The position numbers and the translations under genes were made by a program. Source: Prolixibacteraceae bacterium (GTDB lineage: Bacteria > Bacteroidota > Bacteroidia > Bacteroidales > Prolixibacteraceae). Taken from it: DNA of 64,000 nucleotides. Positions 1 to 10,047 of the stretch are shown in pieces; positions within the stretch are counted from its first letter, which is position 1, and each line of letters opens with the position of its first letter. Below the pieces are notes generated by a model. The model saw only the letters and a list, made by a program, of their open reading frames with translations. It was not told where the DNA came from and did not search any database. The DNA lies in NCBI GenBank assembly GCA_027858715.1, contig JAQICD010000118.1, positions 7,730 through 71,729 of the forward strand, written 5' to 3'.

Positions 1-806
1 TTGAAATGTTCGGCATCAATAGTTGAACCAACGGTTGCCCTTACTTGTGAAAAACTGTGTGCAAAACGAACACAGAATTCAGTCCACGAAGCTATTCCCG
101 ATTTTTCGAAAATTGGTGCAACTTCCCGGGCTCTTTCCTTTAGATATTCTTTCCAGGCAAACCCATCTATATCACGAAGGTTATGAACAGGGCCTCCGGC
201 AATTGTCCGTAATGCAATAATTGGTTCTGATTTTTCTTTAATCAAATCCCATAGTTTGTTGCTTACAAAACGTTGTAAGGGATTAAAGTAAAAAATAAAA
301 CCGTCGATCAATCCTTCTGTGTGTCCGTTACTCAATGCTTCGTAGGCAATATCTGAATTCCATGGAAATATTTCCAAAACGAAGCGTTTTACCCATCCCT
401 TTTGTTTTAATTTACTAAGACTTAAAATAGAATCTCCTCCTTTTGAAAAATCGCGGGCTAATTCGCCATCAAGACACAGCTGCCCAATTTGAATTGTTCC
501 GATATCAAGTGCCTTTGTGTTTTTTTGAAAATCTATCTTGATATCATCTATGGTTTTCCCTTCAAGTTTTACAATTAATTCCGGAACTTTATTTCTGTCG
601 GAATTAAATGCTTTATTAAGCACTTTAAGTGCTGAGCCGTACTGTCCGCTTGTATGAAACCATATTTTGGTATCTATGGCAGCTTTAGCTATTTCAATCC
701 TATTCTCAATTGGTATAGAATCATCACCAAGCCTTGTTGTGCCATAAATAAATGGTGATAAATCGTTCAAAAATACTGATTTCTCAGAAAAGTTAATAGC
801 ATTCAT
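1..806 (-). CDS. Aldo/keto reductase-like oxidoreductase, 3' end runs off the window
   Basis: Not in the ORF track. Manual translation from ATG at 806 is open to the window edge: MNAINFSEKSVFLNDLSPFIYGTTRLGDD...WFHTSGQYG...IIALRTIAGG...RATVGST, an AKR TIM-barrel-like pattern. Confidence 0.6.
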   Translation of the reverse strand, partial: MNAINFSEKSVFLNDLSPFIYGTTRLGDDSIPIENRIEIAKAAIDTKIWFHTSGQYGSALKVLNKAFNSDRNKVPELIVKLEGKTIDDIKIDFQKNTKALDIGTIQIGQLCLDGELARDFSKGGDSILSLSKLKQKGWVKRFVLEIFPWNSDIAYEALSNGHTEGLIDGFIFYFNPLQRFVSNKLWDLIKEKSEPIIALRTIAGGPVHNLRDIDGFAWKEYLKERAREVAPIFEKSGIASWTEFCVRFAHSFSQVRATVGSTIDAEHF

Positions 807-911
807 TTTGTTCCCCCCTAATTTGATCCCTTTTTAAAAATTATGCATATATGCTTCAAATATATTTAAAATCTTAAAAAAACAAGTGCTAAACATGAGT
901 TGATATTAAAT

Positions 912-942
912 AAAAAAGGGATAATTTTGTTTCATTATCCCT
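912..942 (-). terminator. Intrinsic terminator after pyk
   Basis: Stem AGGGATAAT/ATTATCCCT with an A6 tract, read as U6 on the minus strand. Confidence 0.7.
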
Positions 943-968
943 AAATATGATGGCAATAGTGGTATTTC

Positions 969-2411
969 TTATTTGTCTTTAGGGCCAATCAAATCATTAA
1001 TATTTTCTTCGGCTTTGGGACTAATACCTGTTTTGACGTTAATGATTTCAAGGAATGAAGCCATGCCCCTAATGCCGTAACTGCTTCCAACATATACAAT
1101 TGTGTCATCAATATTAATACATTTTCTTTTCACTAAATCCTGCAGGCTAGCCTGTATGGTTTCGTCGCGATTGCTGTGTGCCTGAATGGTTGAAGAAAAA
1201 ACACCATACGATAGAGCCAGTTCGCGCATAACCCTGGGGCGATAGCATTTGGCATAAACAGGCATTTCGCCTCTGAATGCTGAAATATAACGTGCATTGT
1301 GACCCGAAAGTGTGTCAGTTACAATGGCCGTAGTATTCATTTCACTAGCTGCTTCAATGGCTTTGGCTGCCAGGAACGATGAAGTGTCGAAGTTGATAGG
1401 AGGTAAAATATCGTTTCGTTTGTCTTTGTTTTTTTCTACCTCTTCGGCTACTTTATGCATTATTTTTACAGCATCGACACCATATTTCCCGTATGCGGTT
1501 TCGCCACTTAGCATAATTGCGTCGCAACGGTTGTAAACGGCATTGGCAATGTCGCTAATTTCAGCACGGGTAGGGCGGGGGTTTTCGATCATTGAATGCA
1601 GCATCTGAGTTGCCATAATTACAGGGCGCTTATGAGCAATACATTTTTTGATGAGCATGCGGGCAACTGATGGTATTTTTTCGGCCGGAATTTCAATTCC
1701 TAAATCGCCTCGGGCAATCATAACGCCGTAAGCATAGTCAAGTATTTCATCAATTTTATCAACACCTTCCTGATTCTCAATTTTTGCAATAATTTTAATC
1801 GGACTGTTGTGTTTGTCGAGAATCTTCTGAATATCTATTACGTCTTGCTTGTTGCGAACAAACGAATGTGCAATAAATTCAATGTTATTTTCGATTGCAA
1901 ACAGAATAAAATCTTTGTCCTTTTCGGTTAACGAAGGTAGTTTTATACTAACACCCGGGATATTAATGCTTTTGCGGTTTTTTATTGCTCCGCTATTTGT
2001 AACCTCGGTGTATAAGTAATCTTCATCTTTATCTTTTACCTCAAGCTCAATTTCACCATCGTCAACGAGTAGCTTTGCTCCTATTTGAATGTCGTTTACA
2101 AAGTTGGGGTAGTTAACATGAAGACAGTCATTGAGCTTTAGATTCCCTGTTATTTTGATTTTATCACCATAGTCGACTATTAAATCATCTTCAAGGTTTA
2201 TTGTTCGTACTTCGGGGCCTTTAGTGTCTATTAGCAAAGCAATTTTATCGGAAACCGAACGCACGTCATTCATTATTTTAGTTGCACCTTCGCGGTTTAT
2301 ATGTGCGGTATTCATCCTAACCACATTCATGCCGTTATCGTAAAGTGATTTTACATATTCCGGACAGCTTTTCCAATCGGAGATGGTTGCTACAATTTTG
2401 GTTTTCTTCAT
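969..2411 (-). CDS. pyk: Pyruvate kinase
   Basis: KTKIVATI, DTKGPEVRT, IIAKIEN, ARGDLGIE, ATQMLHSM, MLSGETAYG motifs. Confidence 0.97.
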   Translation of the reverse strand: MKKTKIVATISDWKSCPEYVKSLYDNGMNVVRMNTAHINREGATKIMNDVRSVSDKIALLIDTKGPEVRTINLEDDLIVDYGDKIKITGNLKLNDCLHVNYPNFVNDIQIGAKLLVDDGEIELEVKDKDEDYLYTEVTNSGAIKNRKSINIPGVSIKLPSLTEKDKDFILFAIENNIEFIAHSFVRNKQDVIDIQKILDKHNSPIKIIAKIENQEGVDKIDEILDYAYGVMIARGDLGIEIPAEKIPSVARMLIKKCIAHKRPVIMATQMLHSMIENPRPTRAEISDIANAVYNRCDAIMLSGETAYGKYGVDAVKIMHKVAEEVEKNKDKRNDILPPINFDTSSFLAAKAIEAASEMNTTAIVTDTLSGHNARYISAFRGEMPVYAKCYRPRVMRELALSYGVFSSTIQAHSNRDETIQASLQDLVKRKCINIDDTIVYVGSSYGIRGMASFLEIINVKTGISPKAEENINDLIGPKDK

Positions 2412-2563
2412 CGTAAAATAATTATTGATGCTTAATGTTTAAATAATTTTGCAAAAATAAACTTTTGATACACCGGATGGTTGTATTTTTTATTAATTTA
2501 AAATTATCAAATAATACATAAACTATTGAATCCTGTTTTTGTTAAAAAATCAAACAAAAAAAT

Positions 2564-2962
2564 ATGGACAAATTAACTTTAACAACTCCAGCACTATTAT
2601 TTTCTGCAGTTTCGCTTATTTTACTGGCATATACAAATCGTTTCCTGGGTTATGCACAGTTGGTTCGAAATTTATACGAAAAGTTTAAAACCAATCCCGA
2701 TAGTATCTTACTTGCTCAAATAAAAAACCTTCGCAAACGAATGTATTTAACCAAAGCGATGCAATTGCTGGGCGTTTTAAGCTTGTTTTTGTGCGTCGTA
2801 TCAATGTTTTTGATTTACATCGATCTGGAACTTTCGGCTGCATGGATTTTTGGTTTTGGGCTTTTGTCGTTAATCATGTCGCTGGCTATTTCGGCCTGGG
2901 AAATTCAAATATCGGTACGTGCCATCGATTTGCACTTGACAGATATGGAAAGCCACAGATAA
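2564..2962 (+). CDS. Small membrane protein, DUF2721-like
   Basis: 132 aa, about 3 TM helices, begins LTLTTPALLFSAVSLILLAYTNRF. Confidence 0.75.
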   Translation: MDKLTLTTPALLFSAVSLILLAYTNRFLGYAQLVRNLYEKFKTNPDSILLAQIKNLRKRMYLTKAMQLLGVLSLFLCVVSMFLIYIDLELSAAWIFGFGLLSLIMSLAISAWEIQISVRAIDLHLTDMESHR

Positions 2963-3023
2963 AAACATTGGTTTCACCATTGGCAATATAAAAGATATTG
3001 TTGCAGGTGAAACCAATGTTTTT
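2961..3023. terminator. Long inverted repeat, probable bidirectional terminator between convergent genes
   Basis: Perfect 18-bp IR AAAAACATTGGTTTCACC / GGTGAAACCAATGTTTTT with an inner GGCAATAT/ATATTGTT stem. Confidence 0.7.
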
Positions 3024-3036
3024 TAAATTTTTATGT

Positions 3037-4830
3037 TTACTTGTTCTGTCTTTTTCTATCGTGCTCTTTTAGAGAGATTTTTCTTAATCGAATTGATTTA
3101 GGTGTAATTTCGACAAACTCATCACTCTGAATATATTCAAGAGCTTCCTCTAGACTAAAAATAATCGGCGGAGTCAACTTCGCTTTGTCGTCGGAACCAG
3201 ATGCCCGCATATTACTAAGTTTTTTAGTCTTGGTAATGTTTATGGTTAAATCATCTTCCCGTGTGTTTTCACCAATAACCTGACCTTCGTAAACTTCATC
3301 TCCGGGCTTTACAAAAAACTTGCCTCTGTCCTGCAATTTATCAAGGGCATAAGCAATGGCAGTGCCTGTTTCGAGGCAAACGAGCGAACCACTATTGCGC
3401 TTTTCAATTTCGCCTTTATAAGGTTGAAATTCAATGAAACGATGCGATATGATTGCTTCGCCCGCAGTGGCTGTAAGTACGTTATTTCGAAGTCCGATAA
3501 TGCCACGCGACGGAATAGTGAATTCGAGTACAGTGCGTTCGCCTTTTCTCTCCATGGTGAGTAATTCACCTTTTCGGCGTGTAACAAGTTCTATAACTTT
3601 TCCCGAATAATCTTCGAGAACGTCGATGGTTAGTTCTTCAACTGGTTCGCTTTTAACACCGTCGATAAGCTTTATAATTACCTGTGGCTGTCCAACCTGC
3701 AACTCAAACCCTTCGCGTCGCATGGTCTCTATCAGTACAGATAAGTGCATTACGCCACGTCCAAAGACATTCCACGAGTCGGCACTGCTGGTTTCTTCAA
3801 CTTTGAGTGCAAGATTTCGTTCAAGCTCTTTTTGAAGCCTGTCGTATATGTGGCGCGATGTTACATATTTTCCATCCTTTCCAAAAAATGGAGAGTTGTT
3901 AATTGTAAATAACATACTCATCGTAGGCTCGTCGATCGCAATTGGTGGCAGTGGCTCGGGTTTATTAATATCGGCAATTGTATCACCTATTTCAAAATTA
4001 TCGATACCTACCAAAGCACAAATGTCGCCAGCCGAAACTTCGCTAACTTTTGTACGTCCCAATCCTGAAAAAACGTTTAACTCTTTGATTTTTGTGCGTA
4101 CAATTGAACCGTCGCGGTGGCAAAGACTTACTTGTTGTCCTTCTTTTAATGTACCACGATGGAGCCGTCCTACGGCAATACGACCAACGTAAGGCGAAAA
4201 GTCGATTGATGTAATCAACATTTGTGTTGTGCCTTTTTCGATTCGAGGATTTGGTATGTATTTGATAACAGCGTCAAGAAGTGGGGTGATATTGTCGGTT
4301 CTTACAGTCCAGTCTTCCGACATCCAGCCTTCTTTAGCCGAACCGTAAATAGTTGGAAAGTCTAATTGGTCTTCTGTAGCATTTAGGTTGAACATCAGAT
4401 CGAAAACCATCTCCTGAACATCTTCTGGGCGACAGTTGGGCTTATCAACCTTATTGATTACAATAATAGGTTTTAGTCCAAGCTGAACAGCTTTCTGAAG
4501 TACAAAACGTGTTTGCGGCATGGGACCTTCAAAGGCATCAACCAGCAGCAATACACCATCGGCCATATTTAGTACTCGTTCAACTTCCCCACCAAAATCA
4601 GCGTGTCCTGGTGTATCTATAATATTTATTTTTGTATCCTTATATATTACTGATACGTTTTTAGCGAGAATAGTTATGCCTCGTTCACGCTCTTGATCGT
4701 TGCTGTCCATGATAAGTTCACCGGGCGTTTCGTGGTCTTTGAAAAGTTTTCCGGCAAGCAGCATTTTATCTACAAGAGTTGTTTTTCCGTGATCGACGTG
4801 TGCGATTATTGCAATATTCTTTATTGACAT
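3037..4830 (-). CDS. typA: Translational GTPase TypA/BipA
   Basis: [36 protein letters not shown] motifs and BipA C-terminus. Confidence 0.97.
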   Translation of the reverse strand: MSIKNIAIIAHVDHGKTTLVDKMLLAGKLFKDHETPGELIMDSNDQERERGITILAKNVSVIYKDTKINIIDTPGHADFGGEVERVLNMADGVLLLVDAFEGPMPQTRFVLQKAVQLGLKPIIVINKVDKPNCRPEDVQEMVFDLMFNLNATEDQLDFPTIYGSAKEGWMSEDWTVRTDNITPLLDAVIKYIPNPRIEKGTTQMLITSIDFSPYVGRIAVGRLHRGTLKEGQQVSLCHRDGSIVRTKIKELNVFSGLGRTKVSEVSAGDICALVGIDNFEIGDTIADINKPEPLPPIAIDEPTMSMLFTINNSPFFGKDGKYVTSRHIYDRLQKELERNLALKVEETSSADSWNVFGRGVMHLSVLIETMRREGFELQVGQPQVIIKLIDGVKSEPVEELTIDVLEDYSGKVIELVTRRKGELLTMERKGERTVLEFTIPSRGIIGLRNNVLTATAGEAIISHRFIEFQPYKGEIEKRNSGSLVCLETGTAIAYALDKLQDRGKFFVKPGDEVYEGQVIGENTREDDLTINITKTKKLSNMRASGSDDKAKLTPPIIFSLEEALEYIQSDEFVEITPKSIRLRKISLKEHDRKRQNK

Positions 4831-4856
4831 GTGTTATGTGTATTTAAAAAGTGGCG

Positions 4857-4864
4857 CAAAAGTA
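4857..4864 (-). promoter_or_regulatory. Bacteroidota -7 promoter element for typA
   Basis: TACTTTTG matches TAnnTTTG, about 27 nt upstream of the ATG. Confidence 0.65.
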
Positions 4865-4978
4865 CTGTATTTTGTACCAATAAAATGCTATGTCCCTATA
4901 ATGTGATTGAAATTGGAAATGATACAACAATAAATTAACAATGTTGTGTGCTAATCCTGATAAGTAGGGGACGAAAAA

Positions 4979-5590
4979 TTAGAAAAGTTTTATTCCTGCC
5001 GAAATAAGAAAAACTCTGTTTTTTGCTTCGTACTCACTCGAACTGTTGATAATATTAGCACTTTGCTCGAAACGAGCATCAAGTGTAAGAAACAGGATGT
5101 CAATGCCTGCACCAAATTGCATACCCATGTATTGCGACTGAAAACTTTCTTTGTCAAGTGCTGAAATATCTGAGAAGAAGTTGTTGGCAGTAATATAAGA
5201 AAAAACTGGTCCTCCTGTCAGTCTAAATTTAAAATGTTTACGGTTTATAACACTAAATCCAGCAAGAACAGGAACATCTACGGTTTGATATTTAAAGGAA
5301 ACAGGGGAGAGTGAAGAACTAGTAGATGATGCTGGTGCTACAATTCCACCTTTGTTGTTGAAATAAATTTCGGGCTGTAAGCTGAATCGTTTTAAATTCA
5401 ACCTGGCAAATGCGCCTACATGGTAGCTGTCGTATTGTTCTTCGTTAAACGGGTATTCAAGTAGTTGTTCTATATTGGTAATCATAACAGAACTGTTTTG
5501 ACCGTATTTAATGCCAAGGTTCACATTCGATTGCGAATAAAGTGCATACGTAAAAACAAGTAGCCCAGTTATGAGAATTATCCGTTTCAT
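4979..5590 (-). CDS. Outer-membrane beta-barrel protein (porin family)
   Basis: Signal peptide, LQPEIYF..KG strand pattern, C-terminal Phe. Confidence 0.75.
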   Translation of the reverse strand: MKRIILITGLLVFTYALYSQSNVNLGIKYGQNSSVMITNIEQLLEYPFNEEQYDSYHVGAFARLNLKRFSLQPEIYFNNKGGIVAPASSTSSSLSPVSFKYQTVDVPVLAGFSVINRKHFKFRLTGGPVFSYITANNFFSDISALDKESFQSQYMGMQFGAGIDILFLTLDARFEQSANIINSSSEYEAKNRVFLISAGIKLF

Positions 5591-5647
5591 GCGTTTGTAA
5601 TTTTATACAAAAATAGTAAAAATCAACACTCATAGCTTTTTATACAT

Positions 5648-5676
5648 AAAAAAAGCCGGGATTCTACGCCCCGGCT
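5648..5676 (-). terminator. Intrinsic terminator after the ECF sigma gene
   Basis: AGCCGGG/CCCGGCT stem plus A7 tract. Confidence 0.75.
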
Positions 5677-5703
5677 AATACAACGAATAATAAAACTTGT
5701 TTA

Positions 5704-6207
5704 TTATACAAACTCTTTCAATGTCGAAGTCAATTTTTTACGAGTAAAAAATATTCTGCTTTTTACTGTACCTAAAGGCAAATTTAGTTTGACTGCAATC
5801 TCTTTATACTTATATCCGTCAAGAAACATCTGGAATGGTATCCTGTATTCATCTTCAAGTGATGAAATACTTTTTTCGATTTCATTTGTTGAGTAAAACG
5901 AATCGGGTGCAGGATAAGCTTTGTTACGGGCTATATGCAAATGAAATTCGCTATTCGAGCCACTTAAACTGTTTTTCGATTTTGAAGCTTTGCGGTAGTC
6001 ATTTATGAAAGTATTTTTCATAATGGTATAAACCCAGGCTTTAAAATTTGTGTTCTCAGCAAATTTATCTTGATAGGTGAGTGCCTTTAAAAATGTTTCC
6101 TGTAGCAGATCATTTGCTTTATCAATGTCCGATGTTAGACTTAATGCATAATATTTAAGACTATTCTCCAGACTCAATAATTTGTTGCTAAATTGTATTT
6201 CTGACAT
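5704..6207 (-). CDS. ECF-type RNA polymerase sigma-70 factor
   Basis: Region 2 (ANDLLQETFLKA, FKAWVYTIMKNTFINDYRK) and region 4 (YKEIAVKLNLPLGTVKSRIF). Confidence 0.93.
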   Translation of the reverse strand: MSEIQFSNKLLSLENSLKYYALSLTSDIDKANDLLQETFLKALTYQDKFAENTNFKAWVYTIMKNTFINDYRKASKSKNSLSGSNSEFHLHIARNKAYPAPDSFYSTNEIEKSISSLEDEYRIPFQMFLDGYKYKEIAVKLNLPLGTVKSRIFFTRKKLTSTLKEFV

Positions 6208-6503
6208 AACTTTTCGGTTTTTGGGTAAAACAATAATTCAAAGATATGAAATATAAAAGATATAAGCATCTTTTAATGCTAAAAAATTGTTAAATGGATA
6301 ATTAAATGTTTTTCATAATGAAGAAACTTAAATTGTAAGTTATTGAATTTATAACGGTTTGTCAAGTTCTAGGTAGATTGATTATAGATATAATGTTTTT
6401 TATCTTTTTAATTTAACAAACTAAAATTCGAATAGTGAAGGCATATTAAATTAACATAGAGGTAAATGATTGCGTTATTTTGATGAATTATCGTTAAAAA
6501 AAA

Positions 6504-6683
6504 TACTTTTGTGCCACCAATTCATTGAAAACTGGTGAATTTTTTAAATGCTGTTGCAATATTTTTCACATTAAAGTTTTATAGTTTCCGGGTTATCCGG
6601 GTTTTGGGGGCAGCAGCTATTATTAACAGGTTGACTTGTATTTTGTGGTGATGACAAAACAGGAAGGCCTAAAATTATAAAAT
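6504..6683 (+). promoter_or_regulatory. Promoter and long structured 5' leader of the DEAD-box helicase gene
   Basis: TACTTTTG at 6504-6511; ~170-nt leader with several hairpins, including 6577-6587 pairing with 6672-6682. Confidence 0.5.
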
Positions 6684-8381
6684 ATGTTATTTTCAGAAAT
6701 GGGCCTTTCGCCAGAGATACTTCGAGGTGTTTCTGAGCTTGGCTTTGTTGAACCAACTCCTATTCAGGAAAAAGTTATTCCATTATTATTAAATGAAGAT
6801 CGTGATGTTTTAGGGCTGGCTCAGACTGGTACCGGTAAAACAGCTGCTTTTGGTTTGCCTGCACTTGGCAAAATAGATACAGCAACAACAACTCCTCAGT
6901 TACTTATTTTAAGTCCTACGCGCGAGCTTTGCATGCAAATTGGACGCGACCTTGAGAATTATAGTAAATTTATCAACAATTTAAAAATTGTTATGGTTTA
7001 TGGTGGTGCACCTATAGATAAGCAAATTATGGCTTTGAAAAGGGGAGCTCAGGTTGTTGTTGCAACTCCTGGTCGTATTCGCGACCTTATTAACAGGCGC
7101 AAAGTAAACCTGTCGGAAATAAAAACGATGGTACTTGACGAGGCCGACGAAATGTTGCGCATGGGATTTAGAGAAGAAGTAGATGAAATTTTGAAGGAAA
7201 CACCCCGTGAGAAAACCACCTTGCTGTTTTCGGCTACAATGAGTCCCGACATTCTTAATATTGCAAAAAAATACATGAATGATCCGGCCGAAATTACCAT
7301 CGGTAAGAAAAATGCAAGTGCTGAAAATGTGCGTCATATTTACCACATGGTACACGCACGTGATAGGTATATGGCTTTGAAACGCGTAGTTGATTTCTAT
7401 CCCGAAATTTATGGCATTGTTTTTTGCCGCACACGTAAAGAAACAAAAGATGTTGCAGCCTCCCTGATGAAAGAAGGTTACAATGCTGAAGCTTTGCACG
7501 GCGACCTTACACAAAGTCAGCGCGATTACGTGATGCAGAAATTTCGCGAACGTACATTAAGGGTTCTTGTTGCAACCGATGTGGCTGCGCGTGGACTCGA
7601 TGTGACTGATTTGACTCACGTAATAAATTACAACCTTCCCGATGATACCGAAAACTATAATCACCGCTCAGGCCGTACTGGCCGTGCCGGGAAAGATGGC
7701 ATTGCGGTATCGATAATTAATATGAAAGAAAAGGGTAAGCTTAAACTTATCGAAAGATCAATAAAAAAGAAGTTTGACTATCAGCCTGTTCCCGAAGGAA
7801 AAGTTATTTGTGAAAGACAATTGTTTAACATGATTGAGAAAGTAAGTAACTCAACGGTAAATCATGAACGAATCGACCCTTACATGGATAAAGTTTATGA
7901 GATGTTGTCTGATTTTTCGAAAGAAGATATAATTAAACGTTTCGTTTCGGAAGAATTTAACCGTTTTCTCGACTACTACAAAAATGCAGGAAGCCTTAAT
8001 GTTGATCCCTCGAAGGCGGAACGTGAGGACAATGATGGTGCAAAATTTTCGCGAAGCAAAAAGGGAAAGAGCATGTCGCGCATTATTTTCAATCTTGGAA
8101 AAGGCAAAGGCCTGAGTAAAAAGGATGTAATTGATTTGTTGGTTAATGCTTCGGGGCGTAAAGACATTGAAATTGGGCAAATAGAAATCTTTAAACGAGC
8201 TTCGTCGGTTGAAGTCGAAAGCAAATTGGCTAAAAAAGTTATTGCTGAACTCAATCGTCGTACATTCAAAGGAGTAAATATTGAAGCTGAAGAAAATTAC
8301 GAGTTTGTAGGCAACGATTTTCGCGATCGCAACAAAGGTGCACGTGGCAAAAAGAAGAAAAGACAACGCATAGCATCATAG
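6684..8381 (+). CDS. DEAD-box RNA helicase with C-terminal DbpA-type RNA-binding domain
   Basis: Q motif, AQTGTGKT, PTREL, DEAD, SAT, HRSGRTGRAG. Confidence 0.95.
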   Translation: MLFSEMGLSPEILRGVSELGFVEPTPIQEKVIPLLLNEDRDVLGLAQTGTGKTAAFGLPALGKIDTATTTPQLLILSPTRELCMQIGRDLENYSKFINNLKIVMVYGGAPIDKQIMALKRGAQVVVATPGRIRDLINRRKVNLSEIKTMVLDEADEMLRMGFREEVDEILKETPREKTTLLFSATMSPDILNIAKKYMNDPAEITIGKKNASAENVRHIYHMVHARDRYMALKRVVDFYPEIYGIVFCRTRKETKDVAASLMKEGYNAEALHGDLTQSQRDYVMQKFRERTLRVLVATDVAARGLDVTDLTHVINYNLPDDTENYNHRSGRTGRAGKDGIAVSIINMKEKGKLKLIERSIKKKFDYQPVPEGKVICERQLFNMIEKVSNSTVNHERIDPYMDKVYEMLSDFSKEDIIKRFVSEEFNRFLDYYKNAGSLNVDPSKAEREDNDGAKFSRSKKGKSMSRIIFNLGKGKGLSKKDVIDLLVNASGRKDIEIGQIEIFKRASSVEVESKLAKKVIAELNRRTFKGVNIEAEENYEFVGNDFRDRNKGARGKKKKRQRIAS

Positions 8382-8407
8382 TTCACAATGAAAAATGATT
8401 TTTTTCA

Positions 8408-9295
8408 ATGGATAAACCTGCAATTTCAGTTGTAATACCGACTTATAACAGAGAAAAAACCATTAAGAGAGCAATTGAAAGCATTATAAATCAGTCGATC
8501 TCAAATTGGGAGCTGATTGTTGTTGACGATTGTTCTACTGATGAAACTGTTCCGATAATTGAAAAAATATATTCAAATGAACCTCGTATTAAAGTATTGG
8601 TTCAGCAACAAAATGGAGGGGCTAACAAATCCCGTAATAGTGGTGCGCGTGTTTCAGGTGCACCACTTATTACTTTTTTTGATTCGGACGACGAACTGCA
8701 TCCATTGACTCTCGAAAACCATATAGAAAAATTTAAGGCAAATCACAAATTAGGATTGTCTTATGTTTTTGCAACATGTGTAAAAAACGGACAGGAAGTA
8801 GCTACTTTTAATCAGAAAGTCAACACCGATGCTGAACGATCTCTGCTGCGAAGTTTTCATGGAATAGGCTCAAGTACTTCGGGCTTGTGTGTTCGCAAAG
8901 ATGTGTTTAATGAAGTTGACGGTTTTGATGAGCTTATGCCCTCGCACCAGGATCTTGATTTTTTTGTGAGAATAGCTCGCCTTTACCAAATTGATTTTAT
9001 CGAAAACAGCAACACAACGATGTATTGGGATGCGCAAAACCGTATCTCTGATAATCCTTCAGCTGTTATCGACGGCGGAGCGTACTTTTTCAACAAACAC
9101 GAGCAACGACTTAAAGAATTAGGCATTTATCATCACGTAGCACGAAAGCTTACGCGCAAATATGCGCTCTACGGTAAGAATTTGAAAGAAGCCTATCGCT
9201 ACTTGGGGAAGGCTATAGCAAATAAACCATTGTACGTTTATGCATACGTTTACGCGCTGAAATTGCCTTTGTTGTATCGCCGTAAAATTGATTAA
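8408..9295 (+). CDS. Glycosyltransferase family 2
   Basis: SVVIPTYNR, VVDDCSTD, FFDSDD motifs. Confidence 0.9.
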   Translation: MDKPAISVVIPTYNREKTIKRAIESIINQSISNWELIVVDDCSTDETVPIIEKIYSNEPRIKVLVQQQNGGANKSRNSGARVSGAPLITFFDSDDELHPLTLENHIEKFKANHKLGLSYVFATCVKNGQEVATFNQKVNTDAERSLLRSFHGIGSSTSGLCVRKDVFNEVDGFDELMPSHQDLDFFVRIARLYQIDFIENSNTTMYWDAQNRISDNPSAVIDGGAYFFNKHEQRLKELGIYHHVARKLTRKYALYGKNLKEAYRYLGKAIANKPLYVYAYVYALKLPLLYRRKID

Positions 9296-9382
9296 GGCTG
9301 TCCTGTATAATCTAAATCAAAATTATATATTTGCATATTGTTATTAAAGAGCATATTACACTTATTTTATAAACCGATTTTT

Positions 9383-10000
9383 GTGAGTGTACAAGTAAAT
9401 AAAACACATTATCTATTTGACAGATACGTTGATAAGAAACGTTGGGCTTCGTATTACAGTCAAATTAGCGAAGTAGTTGAAGTATCGCCACAAAAAGTAC
9501 TGGTAGTAGGTGTTGGTGATGGTATAATAGTTGAAATTCTGAAAATGCAGGGAATTGAGGTTCTTACAATGGACTTTGACGCTGCATTAAATCCTGATTT
9601 CGAACTTGATGTTAGAAATATTAACGAAATATCTACTCATTTCGATGTTATTATATGTTGTCAGGTGCTGGAGCATTTGCCTTTTGGTGATTTTGAACAA
9701 ACGCTTGATAAATTGATGGATAAAACCAGTCGGCTTGTTTTATCTTTACCTATACAACATTCAAGACCTTTCTCCTTTTTCAAATTTCAACGCGCATTTT
9801 CAAAAAATATATCTTTTTCGGTACCCCGGTTTAATAAGAAATTTCAATTTGATGGCGAACATCATTGGGAAATGAATACCAAAGGCTATCTGAAATCTAA
9901 AATATCAGGGTTGATAAACAAAAAACATCTAATACTGAAAAGTTATATTCAACCTGATAATGTGTATCATTTTTATTACATACTTGAACACAAAAAATAA
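9383..10000 (+). CDS. Class I SAM-dependent methyltransferase
   Basis: VLVVGVGDG motif I and FDVIICCQVLEHLP. GTG start at 9383 preferred because a TATATTTG promoter lies at 9326-9333. Confidence 0.8.
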   Translation: MSVQVNKTHYLFDRYVDKKRWASYYSQISEVVEVSPQKVLVVGVGDGIIVEILKMQGIEVLTMDFDAALNPDFELDVRNINEISTHFDVIICCQVLEHLPFGDFEQTLDKLMDKTSRLVLSLPIQHSRPFSFFKFQRAFSKNISFSVPRFNKKFQFDGEHHWEMNTKGYLKSKISGLINKKHLILKSYIQPDNVYHFYYILEHKK

Positions 10001-10047
10001 TTTTGCTTGCAGCGTATGCTGAATTAGAAACTTGACATTTAAGGCAG

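Noticed and set aside
6981-8366. Long antisense ORFs inside the DEAD helicase gene, and similar ones inside clpC, gyrA, typA and the ABC-F gene
   Set aside because: Shadow ORFs of conserved genes with no recognisable motifs.
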